Shown one piece after another: positions 1 through 9,218 of a stretch of 25,211 nt of DNA (position 1 is the stretch's first letter; each line of letters starts with the position of its first letter). The DNA lies in the NCBI GenBank assembly GCA_964522935.1, contig CAZFZH010000001.1, forward strand, positions 2,327 to 27,537, read 5' to 3'. Under the pieces are notes generated by a model. The model ran no database searches. It was not told the DNA's origin and saw nothing but the letters and a program-made list of their open reading frames with translations. The translations under genes and the position numbers were made by a program. This stretch comes from an uncultured Opitutales bacterium. GTDB taxonomy: Bacteria; Verrucomicrobiota; Verrucomicrobiia; Opitutales; Cerasicoccaceae.

Positions 1-1068
1 AAGTCCTTCGACGAGATTTCTGAGGTGTTGTGTCAGTTGCTGCAGGGTTACTCGTTTGCGCATTATTTGTTGTTATAAGTGAAGTCTGAGCAGTTGAGGC
101 TGGCGATGGCCCAGCTGTTGTATCATATTGATGAAGTAACGACCGAGCAGGACCTGACGCGGCTGGCAGATGGCGCGCTGACCATCGCGCTGGAGCAAGT
201 CGACCCCGAGGCGGAGCTGGTGGTCGTTGCGCTCGGCAAGTATGGCAGCCGGGAACTGGCGCTGGGCTCCGACTTGGACATCATGCTACTCGCGGAACAT
301 GCGAATACGCCGGCAACATTGAAGAAAGCCCGGCAGCTGCTGAAATTGCTGCAGCACAAGGAATCGCTCGGGCCAGGCTTCGAAGTCGACATCCGGCTGC
401 GGCCGCACGGTCAGGACGGCCCGCTGGTCACCTCGTGTTCAGCGCTGGAAGCCTACCATGCGCGCGGCTCGGGGCAGCCTTGGGAGCGCCAGATGCTGGC
501 TCGGGCACGAATCGCCGCCGGAAATGAACAAACCGGCACGGCCTTTGTCCAATTACAGCAACAGCTGCTGTTCAGTCGAGCGATTGGCGTGGATGAAGCC
601 GCTGAAATCCACCAGATGCGCATGAGGGCAGAGCATGAAAAGTCTCCGAGGGAGGAGCCACGTCTCGGGATCAAAACCGGACCGGGCGGGCTCATGGATG
701 CGGAATGCATCGCGCAATTGCTGCAGCTCACTTTTGGCCATGCACACCCGGAATACCGCACCCCCGGCACACGCGAACTGATTAGGAAAGCTGCCGTCAA
801 TGGCCACCTACAGGAAGATGAATCCCGTTCACTGGTAATGAGTTACGACTGGATCCGAAGGGTTGAGTGCGTCCTGCGGAGGCGAAAGTTCACCCCGGAT
901 TGTGATATACCTGAAAGCGACACTGATTGCGCACCCCTGGCATGCTGGCTGGGATTTAAATCGGTCAACCAATTTCAACAGGAACACTTTATGCACATGG
1001 ATTGCATAAGGCATATTTATGCCGCATTCGTAAAAAGGAGATTTGCCATCGACGTAGATGTCCGATAG
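1..1068 (+). CDS. glnE: Glutamine synthetase adenylyltransferase, C-terminal adenylyltransferase (AT) domain; 5'-truncated by the window, with an in-frame TAA at 76-78
   Basis: Motifs ALGKYGSRELALGSDLD, FEVDIRLRPHGQDGPLV, WERQMLARAR and IKTGPGGLMDAE match the GlnE AT domain. Frame 1 is open from base 1 to 75, then TAA, then GTG at 79. Confidence 0.9.
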
Positions 1069-1110
1069 TATTCTCAATACGCGTCTGAAAAAATTCTTAT
1101 TTACCAGATT

Positions 1111-3417
1111 ATGAAGTCACTCAACAGCATTGCCGCCCTGTCGCTTGTCCTCCTCCTCACACAGGCATCCGCGTCTGACGACCTGTTCTTAACGACACCG
1201 GCGATGCGCACCGAGACGAAGCTGGTGCTCCGTCACATTGAGAATCAGCACTTTCTGCGCAAGCCTGTTGAGGAAATCGACATGGAGGCTTTCGTGGAAG
1301 CTTATGTGGGTGAGCTAGACGATCTGAAGCTGTTTTTCACACACACGGAAGTCGAGGGCTTCAAGCAGCGTTACGCCCCGTCAATGGTTACCAGCCTCAA
1401 CAGCGGCCGCCTGCATGGTGCCTTTGAAATGTTTGCGGACTTCCGTGAGAATGCCGATCGCCGCTTCGAGTGGATTTTCTCACGCCTGAACCAGCCTTTC
1501 GATTTTACGGAAGAGCAGACCTACATGCGGGATCGCTCGGAAGCATCCTGGCCCGCGACGCGCGAACTGGCCGATGCCCTGTGGGAGCGCCGCCTGAAGT
1601 ATGAGCTCCTCAACGAAATGTTGAATGACATTGAGGATCAGGCAAAAGAGGCGGATGACGCAGAGGAAGCCGCCGAAGAAACTGAAGCGGAAGGCACAAC
1701 TGAAACGGTTGAGGCAGAAGTCGAAGTCGAACTGGAAGCACAAACATTTGAAGAGAGCCTGGCGGAGGCGATCAAGAGCGTGCGCAAGCGCTACGAGCGC
1801 CTGCGGGATTCGTTTGAAGAAATGGAAGCCCAGGAGGTGCAAGAGATTTTCCTGACATCGCTGCTCGGCATGTATGACCCGCATTCCACCTTCATGTCCG
1901 CCAACACCGTTGAAGAATTCGAGATCGCGATGCAGAATTCGCTAGTGGGCATCGGTGCAGTGCTAACGCAGAACGACGGTTACTGCACGATTCGCGAACT
2001 GATCCCCAAAGGACCGGCTTCAAAGAGTGGCAAACTGCAAAGCGGCGACCAAATCGTGGGAGTCGGCCAGGGAAAAACGGGCGCGATCGTCGACACTATC
2101 GGGATGAAACTGGACAAGGTTGTAAAAATGATCCGTGGCGAGAAGGGCACCATCGTGCGTCTGTTGATACAGCCCGCTGACTCAGATCCCTCCAATCGCC
2201 ACGAGGTGCAGCTAGTGCGCGACCACGTCAAGCTCACGTCCAAGCTCGCCACTGCTGAAATTTTCCAGGTTCCCGCCGGTGACCGCACGGTTCCGGTAGG
2301 GGTGATTGACCTGCCGGCCTTCTACGGAGAAGACGCCTCGGGCAACGGTTCGCGCACGTCATCAGACGTAGAGGAACTGATCGTCAAGCTCAAGGACGCG
2401 GGCACTGAGGGGCTCATCCTCGACTTGCGCAGCAATGGTGGCGGCCTGCTCAATGAGGCCGTTGAGCTTACCGGGCTCTTCATTCCAGAGGGACCAGTTG
2501 TGCAGGTAAAGAGTTATCAGGGATCGGTAGACCAGCTGGCCGACGAAAATCCGAAGGTAGCATGGGACGGACCGCTGCTTGTATTAATATCGAGGTACAG
2601 CGCCTCGGCTTCGGAAATTGCAGCCGGTGCGTTGCAGAGTCATCACCGCGCGGTTGTGGTGGGCGACTCGGAAACCCACGGCAAGGGCACCGTGCAGGCG
2701 GTGTATCGCCTGAGCCGCTCACGGTTCAGTTCGACGATGTTTGCGCGCAAGGGCGCCGTGAAAATCACCGTCCAGAAATTTTACCTGCCCGACGGCTCTT
2801 CGACGCAGCTGCGGGGGGTGCGCTCGGATATTGCATTGCCCTCCTACAACAGCTACCTGCCCATCGGCGAGGGCGACCTGACCAATGCCCTGAAATGGGA
2901 TGCGCTGTCGGGCCCGTATGGTCCGGAGAAGTTTTCGGCGGCAGACGACCATGTCAGCGAGGATTTACTTGAGCATCTGCGTCTGAAAAGTTCCGAACGC
3001 CAAGAGGAGCTGGAGGAGTTTGACTATCTCAGGGACTATATCGACTGGTTCGGCAAGGGCTACGAGCAGAAAAAGTATTCACTGAATCTGGAGAAGCGCA
3101 AACTGGAGCGCGAAGCAGAATCCAACTACCGTGACAGCCTGAATGAGCGGCTTGATGCGCTGGAAGCACTCGAATACGATGCAACCGAAGTCGCCCTCAA
3201 CCTCGCCGATGAAGAAGATTCAAAAGCAACTGTAACGGAATCTATCCTTGAAGGTGCTACGGATGCGGAAGAGGCGGACGAGAGCCCGAAGCCGGACGGC
3301 GTGGACATCCACCTTCGTGAGAGCCTGCGCATCATCGTCGACTGGATTAAATACGACAAGGATGCGCAGGCCGAAGCCAAGAAGCTGAAAGATATTGCCG
3401 CTAATTCAGCAGGTTGA
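1111..3417 (+). CDS. prc: Carboxy-terminal processing (tail-specific) protease, S41 family, Prc type
   Basis: Signal peptide; DPHSTFM; PDZ domain (GIGAVL, IRELIPKGPA); ILDLRSNGGGLL; catalytic SASASEI and THGKGTVQ; KFYLPDGSSTQLRGV; C-terminal helical domain. Confidence 0.93.
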   Translation: MKSLNSIAALSLVLLLTQASASDDLFLTTPAMRTETKLVLRHIENQHFLRKPVEEIDMEAFVEAYVGELDDLKLFFTHTEVEGFKQRYAPSMVTSLNSGRLHGAFEMFADFRENADRRFEWIFSRLNQPFDFTEEQTYMRDRSEASWPATRELADALWERRLKYELLNEMLNDIEDQAKEADDAEEAAEETEAEGTTETVEAEVEVELEAQTFEESLAEAIKSVRKRYERLRDSFEEMEAQEVQEIFLTSLLGMYDPHSTFMSANTVEEFEIAMQNSLVGIGAVLTQNDGYCTIRELIPKGPASKSGKLQSGDQIVGVGQGKTGAIVDTIGMKLDKVVKMIRGEKGTIVRLLIQPADSDPSNRHEVQLVRDHVKLTSKLATAEIFQVPAGDRTVPVGVIDLPAFYGEDASGNGSRTSSDVEELIVKLKDAGTEGLILDLRSNGGGLLNEAVELTGLFIPEGPVVQVKSYQGSVDQLADENPKVAWDGPLLVLISRYSASASEIAAGALQSHHRAVVVGDSETHGKGTVQAVYRLSRSRFSSTMFARKGAVKITVQKFYLPDGSSTQLRGVRSDIALPSYNSYLPIGEGDLTNALKWDALSGPYGPEKFSAADDHVSEDLLEHLRLKSSERQEELEEFDYLRDYIDWFGKGYEQKKYSLNLEKRKLEREAESNYRDSLNERLDALEALEYDATEVALNLADEEDSKATVTESILEGATDAEEADESPKPDGVDIHLRESLRIIVDWIKYDKDAQAEAKKLKDIAANSAG

Positions 3418-3606
3418 TACAGCAAGGCGCGCGCCGCTTTGCTACCAGGAAATCACGTTTTATTGACAGGGTTGCTCACTATTTTCATGTGAACAACCAC
3501 CCCAACACCCCACCTTAATGGATAAAGTTGCTCATCCCTGTAAAATGAACGCAACACGCTTGACACGATATTGTCACTTTGGAAAGCTATCGGCCCACAC
3601 TGGCAA

Positions 3607-4554
3607 ATGGAATATCCTGAACATATTTTTCTCGCTGGAGCACCGCAAAACAAAGTCGCTTCACTTGCTTCACTGCTCAATTCCATCCCTGAAATCCTCG
3701 TTTTCCCAGAGGAAATTTCCCTCTTTGACCACGTCATTCCCGGAGCACAGTATCGCAACCTCGCTTCGCTTTCGGATTACGTTTTGACCGAAACTTCGGT
3801 CTCGCGCCTGCTGTATCGCCCCAATGAATTATTCGACCCCGTGGCCTTCGAGCGGCGCTTCCGCGAAATGCCACTGTCAGGGCGCAACGTCCACGAACGC
3901 CTGCTGCGGAACCTCTTTGATGCCTATGCGCGCGCCTCCGGGTTGCCGGACATCACCCAATACCGTTATGTGGTCGAATGTTCACATACGAACGACACCA
4001 CTGCGCGACGGCTGATCCACTCCTTCCCGCAGGCATTGTTCTTCCACCTGATACAGGACCCCCGCGCACTTTATGTGCAGATGCTCGGCAACAACAACCG
4101 CACCCGCCCGCAGCAGTTCGCGTATAGCTTTGTGCATGCTTGGAACCGCAGCGTTCACGCGAGGCGCTTCTTCGCGGATCACTCGGAGCGCTATCAGCGA
4201 ATCCGCAGCGAAGACCTGGCCGAACAGCCCAAACACACACTTCGCAGGCTCTGCGACTACCTTGATTTCGACTGCCCGTCCTTGTCAAAACAGCCGTTCC
4301 CCGGCATTGAACGCGCCACCCGGCACTGGCGGCAGCAACTGGACGCCCACGAGCTATGGTGGATCGAGCACCACTGCCGCGCTGGCATGCTCGACTGCGG
4401 CTATGAGCCCGTTACGCAGCCCTCCAGCCTGCCTCACGCAGTCATCGAATGGCTCCGACCACTGCGCACTGAAAATGCCACCGGCTATCTGGACGCCCGT
4501 GGCGGCTCCCTGACCTACCACCTCGCACCCGGCTGGTCCCTGCGCCGGAATTGA
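3607..4554 (+). CDS. Sulfotransferase-fold protein (Sulfotransfer_3-like) with degenerate PAPS-binding motifs
   Basis: IFLAGAPQNKVASLASLLNSIPEILVFPEE, HLIQDPRA and IRSEDL follow the order and spacing of the canonical GxPRSGTT..LL..HP, RDPR and RYEDL motifs. ATG 3607 preferred over TTG 3571. Confidence 0.72.
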   Translation: MEYPEHIFLAGAPQNKVASLASLLNSIPEILVFPEEISLFDHVIPGAQYRNLASLSDYVLTETSVSRLLYRPNELFDPVAFERRFREMPLSGRNVHERLLRNLFDAYARASGLPDITQYRYVVECSHTNDTTARRLIHSFPQALFFHLIQDPRALYVQMLGNNNRTRPQQFAYSFVHAWNRSVHARRFFADHSERYQRIRSEDLAEQPKHTLRRLCDYLDFDCPSLSKQPFPGIERATRHWRQQLDAHELWWIEHHCRAGMLDCGYEPVTQPSSLPHAVIEWLRPLRTENATGYLDARGGSLTYHLAPGWSLRRN

Positions 4555-4604
4555 GTTCAGTGCTGCCGGGTTGACAGCACCGTTGGTGTGTCAAGACTGC
4601 CCGC

Positions 4605-5513
4605 ATGTCCACACTCAGTCTGCGCGGCATCACGCTAATCAAGCAGGGCCAAAAGGTTATCGACGACCTCTCGCTGGAATTCGGTGCAGGTGAAATGATC
4701 GGGGTGATTTGCGATGACGGCACATGGCAGGCATTCGCAGATGCGCTTACGGGGAAAGCCAATTTTCAGGGTGAAGTAAGGTTCGGTGATAAGCACATTG
4801 ATGGGCGACTGTTGAGTAAGCATTTTGCCGTAGCCAGCTGGCCGCCTGTGCAGACGCGGTCAGTTTTTAACAGGCAACGCAAGGATGCCGCAGACTTCAT
4901 CAGACAAATTGCCGCCAAGCGTTGTGTTTTATTATCCAGTCTCAATGTCCACACACCGCTTGGTAACCTTCCAGATTCCTTTAAATCGCAAGGCATGTCG
5001 GTTCTTTTCAGACACAAAGATGGCAGCAGTTTCCTGCTTTGCATGGCAGATTCGTTTGTGGTGCTGGTCGAGGGCAAACTGCAGCAGCATGCCAGTCCGC
5101 TGGAAGTCTACAGGAGGCCGCGAACGCCCGCGGCAGCGAAAGCGACGGGCCGTTGCAATTTCTTTGCGGGGGAATTGCTCAACGCAGGTGGCGGAGAGGC
5201 GCTGGTGCAGACGAAAATCGGGCTACTGCGGGGTGCCCTGGCAAATCCCGATGCAGACCCTGCGCCCGGAACGCATGCAGAGGTGCTGGTGCGGCCAGAA
5301 TGCTGGCACATTGACCGTTTCCCACCCGAGGAAAACTGCGCGGAGGTCACTGTGCAGAGCACCCAGTATTTCGGGGCTACAGCGCTGCTGACCGTCGCAA
5401 CCGAACAGGGGGTGGCGTTCGACGTGCTGGAGCTCAACCCGACCCGCCCGGACGGGCCGCAGAGTGAATGCTACTGCTGGGCAGCGCCGGAAGACGTGGT
5501 GGTGTTCGCCTGA
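4605..5513 (+). CDS. PotA/MalK-type ABC ATPase homolog with a degenerate nucleotide-binding domain and a retained C-terminal TOBE-like domain
   Basis: ABC-like N-terminus (VIDDLSLEFGAGEMIGV, GEVRFGDKHI); ADSFVVLVEGKLQQHASPLEVYRRP; VLVRPE..YFGA TOBE pattern. No Walker A, LSGGQ or Walker B. Confidence 0.75.
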   Translation: MSTLSLRGITLIKQGQKVIDDLSLEFGAGEMIGVICDDGTWQAFADALTGKANFQGEVRFGDKHIDGRLLSKHFAVASWPPVQTRSVFNRQRKDAADFIRQIAAKRCVLLSSLNVHTPLGNLPDSFKSQGMSVLFRHKDGSSFLLCMADSFVVLVEGKLQQHASPLEVYRRPRTPAAAKATGRCNFFAGELLNAGGGEALVQTKIGLLRGALANPDADPAPGTHAEVLVRPECWHIDRFPPEENCAEVTVQSTQYFGATALLTVATEQGVAFDVLELNPTRPDGPQSECYCWAAPEDVVVFA

Positions 5514-6139
5514 GCGATGACCGCGCGCACGGCTCCGGCGGTATCGGTGGCGAGCAGCACATCCGAGACGGCTACGACGCCTGGCGCACCTGCGGCATAG
5601 ACCTGCGCAGCGGTGTTGCGGTTGACGCCCCCGAAGGCATACCACCGAAGCGATGGCCGCAACTGCGCCACAAAGCGAACGAGCTCACAACCGACGGGCG
5701 TGTAGGGGGGTTTGGTCTGCGGGGCGAATACCGGACCGACCGCGAAGTAGTCGAGCAAGGCCGCACACGCCAAGGCATTTGCTGCCTGCTGAGGCGAATG
5801 CGTGGACAGGCCGAGCAGGCGTTCCGGGCCCAGCAGTTCACGGCAGCGCTCGACCGGGGTATCATCCTGCCCGACATGCAGCCCGACGCGCGGGTAGCGG
5901 CATGCTAGCTCAAGATCATCATTCAAAATCAGCGACACTCCCGCGCCCTCGACGCACGGCAGCAGTTGCTCAAGCAATGCAGCACGCTCAGCGCTGGACT
6001 CGGCCTTTGCCCGCAGCTGTACGATGCCCGCGCCACCGGCAATCAGTGCCGAACATTTGGCGGCGCACTGCTCATGCGAAACGTAGGCCGTATCAACGAT
6101 CCCGTAGAAGCGCGCCTGCTGATGCTGTCCCGAGCGCAC
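5471..6139 (-). CDS. thiE: Thiamine-phosphate synthase
   Basis: VQLRAK, LILNDD, LHVGQDD, GLSTHS, AVGPVF..TK and AFGG motifs. Confidence 0.92.
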   Translation of the reverse strand: MRSGQHQQARFYGIVDTAYVSHEQCAAKCSALIAGGAGIVQLRAKAESSAERAALLEQLLPCVEGAGVSLILNDDLELACRYPRVGLHVGQDDTPVERCRELLGPERLLGLSTHSPQQAANALACAALLDYFAVGPVFAPQTKPPYTPVGCELVRFVAQLRPSLRWYAFGGVNRNTAAQVYAAGAPGVVAVSDVLLATDTAGAVRAVIAQANTTTSSGAAQQ

Positions 6140-6148
6140 AAAAAATAT

Positions 6149-7231
6149 TTACCACTGTGGCTTGTCGTCTTCCTTCTTTTCGTCTCCGGAAGCCTCTTCG
6201 TCAGTGGCCTCTGGCTTGTCCTCGGCTGACTCAATCTCACCAAAGTCGTCGGCTGCTTCAGTCGGAACCTTATCTTCTTCAATGCTGATTTCTGATACCT
6301 CAATTACAGTTGGCTCTTCTGACGGGACGGACGCTGATGATTCCTCGACCGGAGACTCTGGGATGGCTGGTTCTGGCTCAGGAGCAGTATCAGCGGGTGT
6401 AGGAGGCTCAGGAGACGGCGTCGCGGGCTGTGGTGTGTATGCAGGCTGCTGTGGTGCGGGCTCGGCTGCAGGCTGCTGGTGCGGATAGGTCATAGTCTCC
6501 TGCGCTGCCAGACCGACAGGCGTGTTGCTGGCGATCGGCTCCTGGACCTCCGAACTCGAAATTGGGCCTTCACCCTGCTTGACCTTGTCAAGCGTGACCA
6601 GAACCTTGGAAACTTCAATGCCATGTTTGTCCTGGAATTCGCGGCGAAGACTTTCTTCAAGGCGCTGTTTCATTTCCGGCCCTTTCTGATTCTCGAAAAT
6701 ATTCATGCGTGCCTTTACGACCAGATTGCGCCCTTTCTGTCGGATATCCAGCTTGGGACGCGCAGCCGTACCAAGATCACGCGTTGCGATACGCTCAAGA
6801 TCCCTGATCGCACCACCTTTAATTATGGTCACCGAGCCGTCATCCATCTTCACCCTGAGTTCTTTCTTGAAGATCATTCCGGCGAAGAGCCTCCAGCCAA
6901 CACGATACAGAAAATAGAGCACGACCATTAAAATCATGCCCAGCAGGACGTCGAACACGGCAGGGTGGTCGATATATTCCTTGGCGTGTTTGTCGTGGAG
7001 ATCGTCCAGTGCGTCCCCGATTTGTGTCACATACTTATCGACCTCTTTCTTGCCATCACCCGGACTGCCTGCAGTTGTTGTTACCTCCCCCGAAGCGGGT
7101 GCTTCCGGCTCGGTAGCGGTTGACACCATCTCGGTAGCAGCTGCTTCCAGCTCTGTAGAAGCAGCTTTAATTTCGGCTGTCTGCTGTTGCGTTAGTTCGG
7201 TGTCGACGTTGTTGGTTGCGTCTTCTGCCAT
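6149..7231 (-). CDS. Single-pass membrane protein with an AmaP/Asp23-like domain and acidic, Pro-rich disordered tails
   Basis: TM segment at about aa 91-121. The following domain (GSVTIIKGGAIRDLERIA..LEESLRREFQDKHGIEVSKVLVTLDKV) resembles AmaP. Lies directly downstream of the Asp23-family gene. Confidence 0.65.
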   Translation of the reverse strand: MAEDATNNVDTELTQQQTAEIKAASTELEAAATEMVSTATEPEAPASGEVTTTAGSPGDGKKEVDKYVTQIGDALDDLHDKHAKEYIDHPAVFDVLLGMILMVVLYFLYRVGWRLFAGMIFKKELRVKMDDGSVTIIKGGAIRDLERIATRDLGTAARPKLDIRQKGRNLVVKARMNIFENQKGPEMKQRLEESLRREFQDKHGIEVSKVLVTLDKVKQGEGPISSSEVQEPIASNTPVGLAAQETMTYPHQQPAAEPAPQQPAYTPQPATPSPEPPTPADTAPEPEPAIPESPVEESSASVPSEEPTVIEVSEISIEEDKVPTEAADDFGEIESAEDKPEATDEEASGDEKKEDDKPQW

Positions 7232-7257
7232 AGGAATTATTAAGCAATTAAAATGCC

Positions 7258-7692
7258 TTAACTGATCGCTGTGCGCTCCCAGTTGTCATCCGGCGTGCGG
7301 GAAAGTTCCTTGTCATTGCGCACACCATCAATGAAAATTTCGACGCTATCGACGCCCTTGCTGGTCATGCGCGTCACCTTGTCACGGAGATTGCGCGAAA
7401 CGAGCTTTGCGACATCGTAAAGGACAACGCCGAATCGCATCTCAAGGTTGACCTTGATCTCGTAGTTGCCGTCCACATTCTCGGTCACGTGAACACCCTT
7501 TTCGGCTTTCTTACCGCCGAGGTGTTCCAGCAGGCCGTCCAGCCCGCTGCCGCCAACGGAGTAAACACCGTCGATCTCAAGTGCTGAATATTTGACAATG
7601 CTGGCGACTACCGGCGGATTGAAATGAATCAGGTCACCGCCGACCTCTTCGGTCGCTGCGCCTTCGGACGTTCTGCTTTCTGCGTTGGACAT
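7258..7692 (-). CDS. Asp23/Gls24 family envelope stress response protein (YqhY-like)
   Basis: VVASIVKYSALEIDGV, KGVHV, FGVVLYDVAKLVSRNLRDKVTRMT and VEIFIDGV; directly downstream of accC. Confidence 0.9.
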   Translation of the reverse strand: MSNAESRTSEGAATEEVGGDLIHFNPPVVASIVKYSALEIDGVYSVGGSGLDGLLEHLGGKKAEKGVHVTENVDGNYEIKVNLEMRFGVVLYDVAKLVSRNLRDKVTRMTSKGVDSVEIFIDGVRNDKELSRTPDDNWERTAIS

Positions 7693-7774
7693 GGTTTATT
7701 AGGACTCTCTTGTATGACTATTGTTACAGTATTCGTGGTAATTGCAATGTCGGAAATCAAGTTGAAGCCGGGAC

Positions 7775-9157
7775 TCAGGCATTGTTGTTGCGAGCTGTGT
7801 AAATATCTTTCGGGACGCGGTCGAGAAAGTCCTTGATGTAGCCGGTGGTCGCGCCAGTATCACGGAACAGCGGATCTTTCATGATGGCCGAGCACAGGGG
7901 GATGGAAGTGCGGATGCCACCGATCAGGTATTCGCTGAGGGCGCGGGACATACGGCCAAGGGCGCGCTCGCGGTTTTGCGCGCTGACAATGAGCTTTGCG
8001 ACCATGCTGTCGTAGTGCGGCGGCACAACGTAGCCACTGTAAATGTGAGAATCAATGCGCACGCCGGGGCCGCCGGGAGGGTAGTAGAGCGTGATCTCAC
8101 CTGGGCACGGCGCGAAGTTGCGCTCCGGGTCTTCCGCATTGATGCGGCACTCGATGGCGTGGCGGTTCATGCGGATGTCCCGCTGGTCGATGTCCAGTTT
8201 CTCGCCGCCTGCGATGAGGAGCTGCCGCTTCACTATGTCGAAGCCAGTGACCTCCTCGGTCACGCCGTGCTCGACCTGGATGCGGGTGTTCATCTCAATG
8301 AAGTAATAATCGCCATTTTTGTCGACGAGGAACTCTACCGTGCCGGCGTTGGTGTAGTCGCAGGCTTCGGAAATGCGGATCGCGGCCTTGCCCATGCGGT
8401 CGCGCAGGCGGTTGTCAAGGAAGGGCGAGGGTGCTTCTTCGATGAGTTTCTGGTAGCGGCGCTGGACGGAACAGTCGCGTTCACCCATGTGGATGATCTT
8501 GCCGTGCTCGTCGGCGAGCATCTGGAATTCAATGTGCCGCGGCTCCTCGATGAATTTTTCGATGTAGACATCGCCGTTGCCGAAGGCCTTCTCAGCCTCG
8601 ATGCAGGCCGTCTCGAATTCCTTCTTGAAAGCCATAGCGTTATGCGCAAGGCGCATGCCTTTGCCGCCACCACCTGCCGCCGCCTTGATGATCACCGGAA
8701 AGCCGATTTCCTTCGCAATCTCAACAGCGTCGGCCTCGTTGCGGACGACTCCCTCGCTGCCGGGAATGACGGGCGCCTTCGCCTTGCGGGCAACGTTCTT
8801 CGCACTGGCCTTGTCTCCCATCAGACGGATGGTTTCCGCCTTCGGGCCAATGAATTTAACATTGCAGGAGGCGCACTGCTCGGCGAAATCCGCGTTCTCC
8901 GAAAGGAAACCGAAGCCCGGGTGGATGGCATCGACATCGGCGATCTCAGCCGCACTGATGATGCGGTCGGCCTTGAGGTAGCTGTCGCTGGCCGCCGCAG
9001 GGCCAATGCAGATTGCCTCATCGGCAAGCTGCACATGGAGCGACTGCTCGTCGATCTCGGAATAGACGGCGATCGTGTGAATGCCAAGCTCACGGCAAGC
9101 CCGGATGATGCGCAGGGCAATCTCGCCGCGATTGGCTATTAATACTTTTTGAATCAT
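7775..9157 (-). CDS. accC: Acetyl-CoA carboxylase, biotin carboxylase subunit
   Basis: [14 protein letters not shown] (ATG 9157), [55 protein letters not shown]. Confidence 0.97.
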   Translation of the reverse strand: MIQKVLIANRGEIALRIIRACRELGIHTIAVYSEIDEQSLHVQLADEAICIGPAAASDSYLKADRIISAAEIADVDAIHPGFGFLSENADFAEQCASCNVKFIGPKAETIRLMGDKASAKNVARKAKAPVIPGSEGVVRNEADAVEIAKEIGFPVIIKAAAGGGGKGMRLAHNAMAFKKEFETACIEAEKAFGNGDVYIEKFIEEPRHIEFQMLADEHGKIIHMGERDCSVQRRYQKLIEEAPSPFLDNRLRDRMGKAAIRISEACDYTNAGTVEFLVDKNGDYYFIEMNTRIQVEHGVTEEVTGFDIVKRQLLIAGGEKLDIDQRDIRMNRHAIECRINAEDPERNFAPCPGEITLYYPPGGPGVRIDSHIYSGYVVPPHYDSMVAKLIVSAQNRERALGRMSRALSEYLIGGIRTSIPLCSAIMKDPLFRDTGATTGYIKDFLDRVPKDIYTARNNNA

Positions 9158-9218
9158 GCTATCTGTACGAAGGAGCAGCGCCGGGTTGTTCCAGACGCCA
9201 CAGGGCCAGTCGAAACCA

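Noticed and set aside
3421-3443. Hairpin after prc as an intrinsic terminator
   Set aside because: 9-bp stem with one G-U pair but no adjacent U-tract on either strand.
4885-5391. Alternative-frame ORF as the frameshifted missing part of the ABC ATPase
   Set aside because: It contains no Walker or signature motifs, and I saw none in the third frame, so a simple frameshift does not explain the degeneration.
6140-6148. TPP riboswitch before thiE and FMN riboswitch before ribD
   Set aside because: The intergenic gaps are only 9 nt and 7 nt, and no aptamer motifs were seen.
7976-9142. 388-aa plus-strand ORF
   Set aside because: Antisense shadow of accC; no recognisable motifs; expected from GC-rich codon usage.
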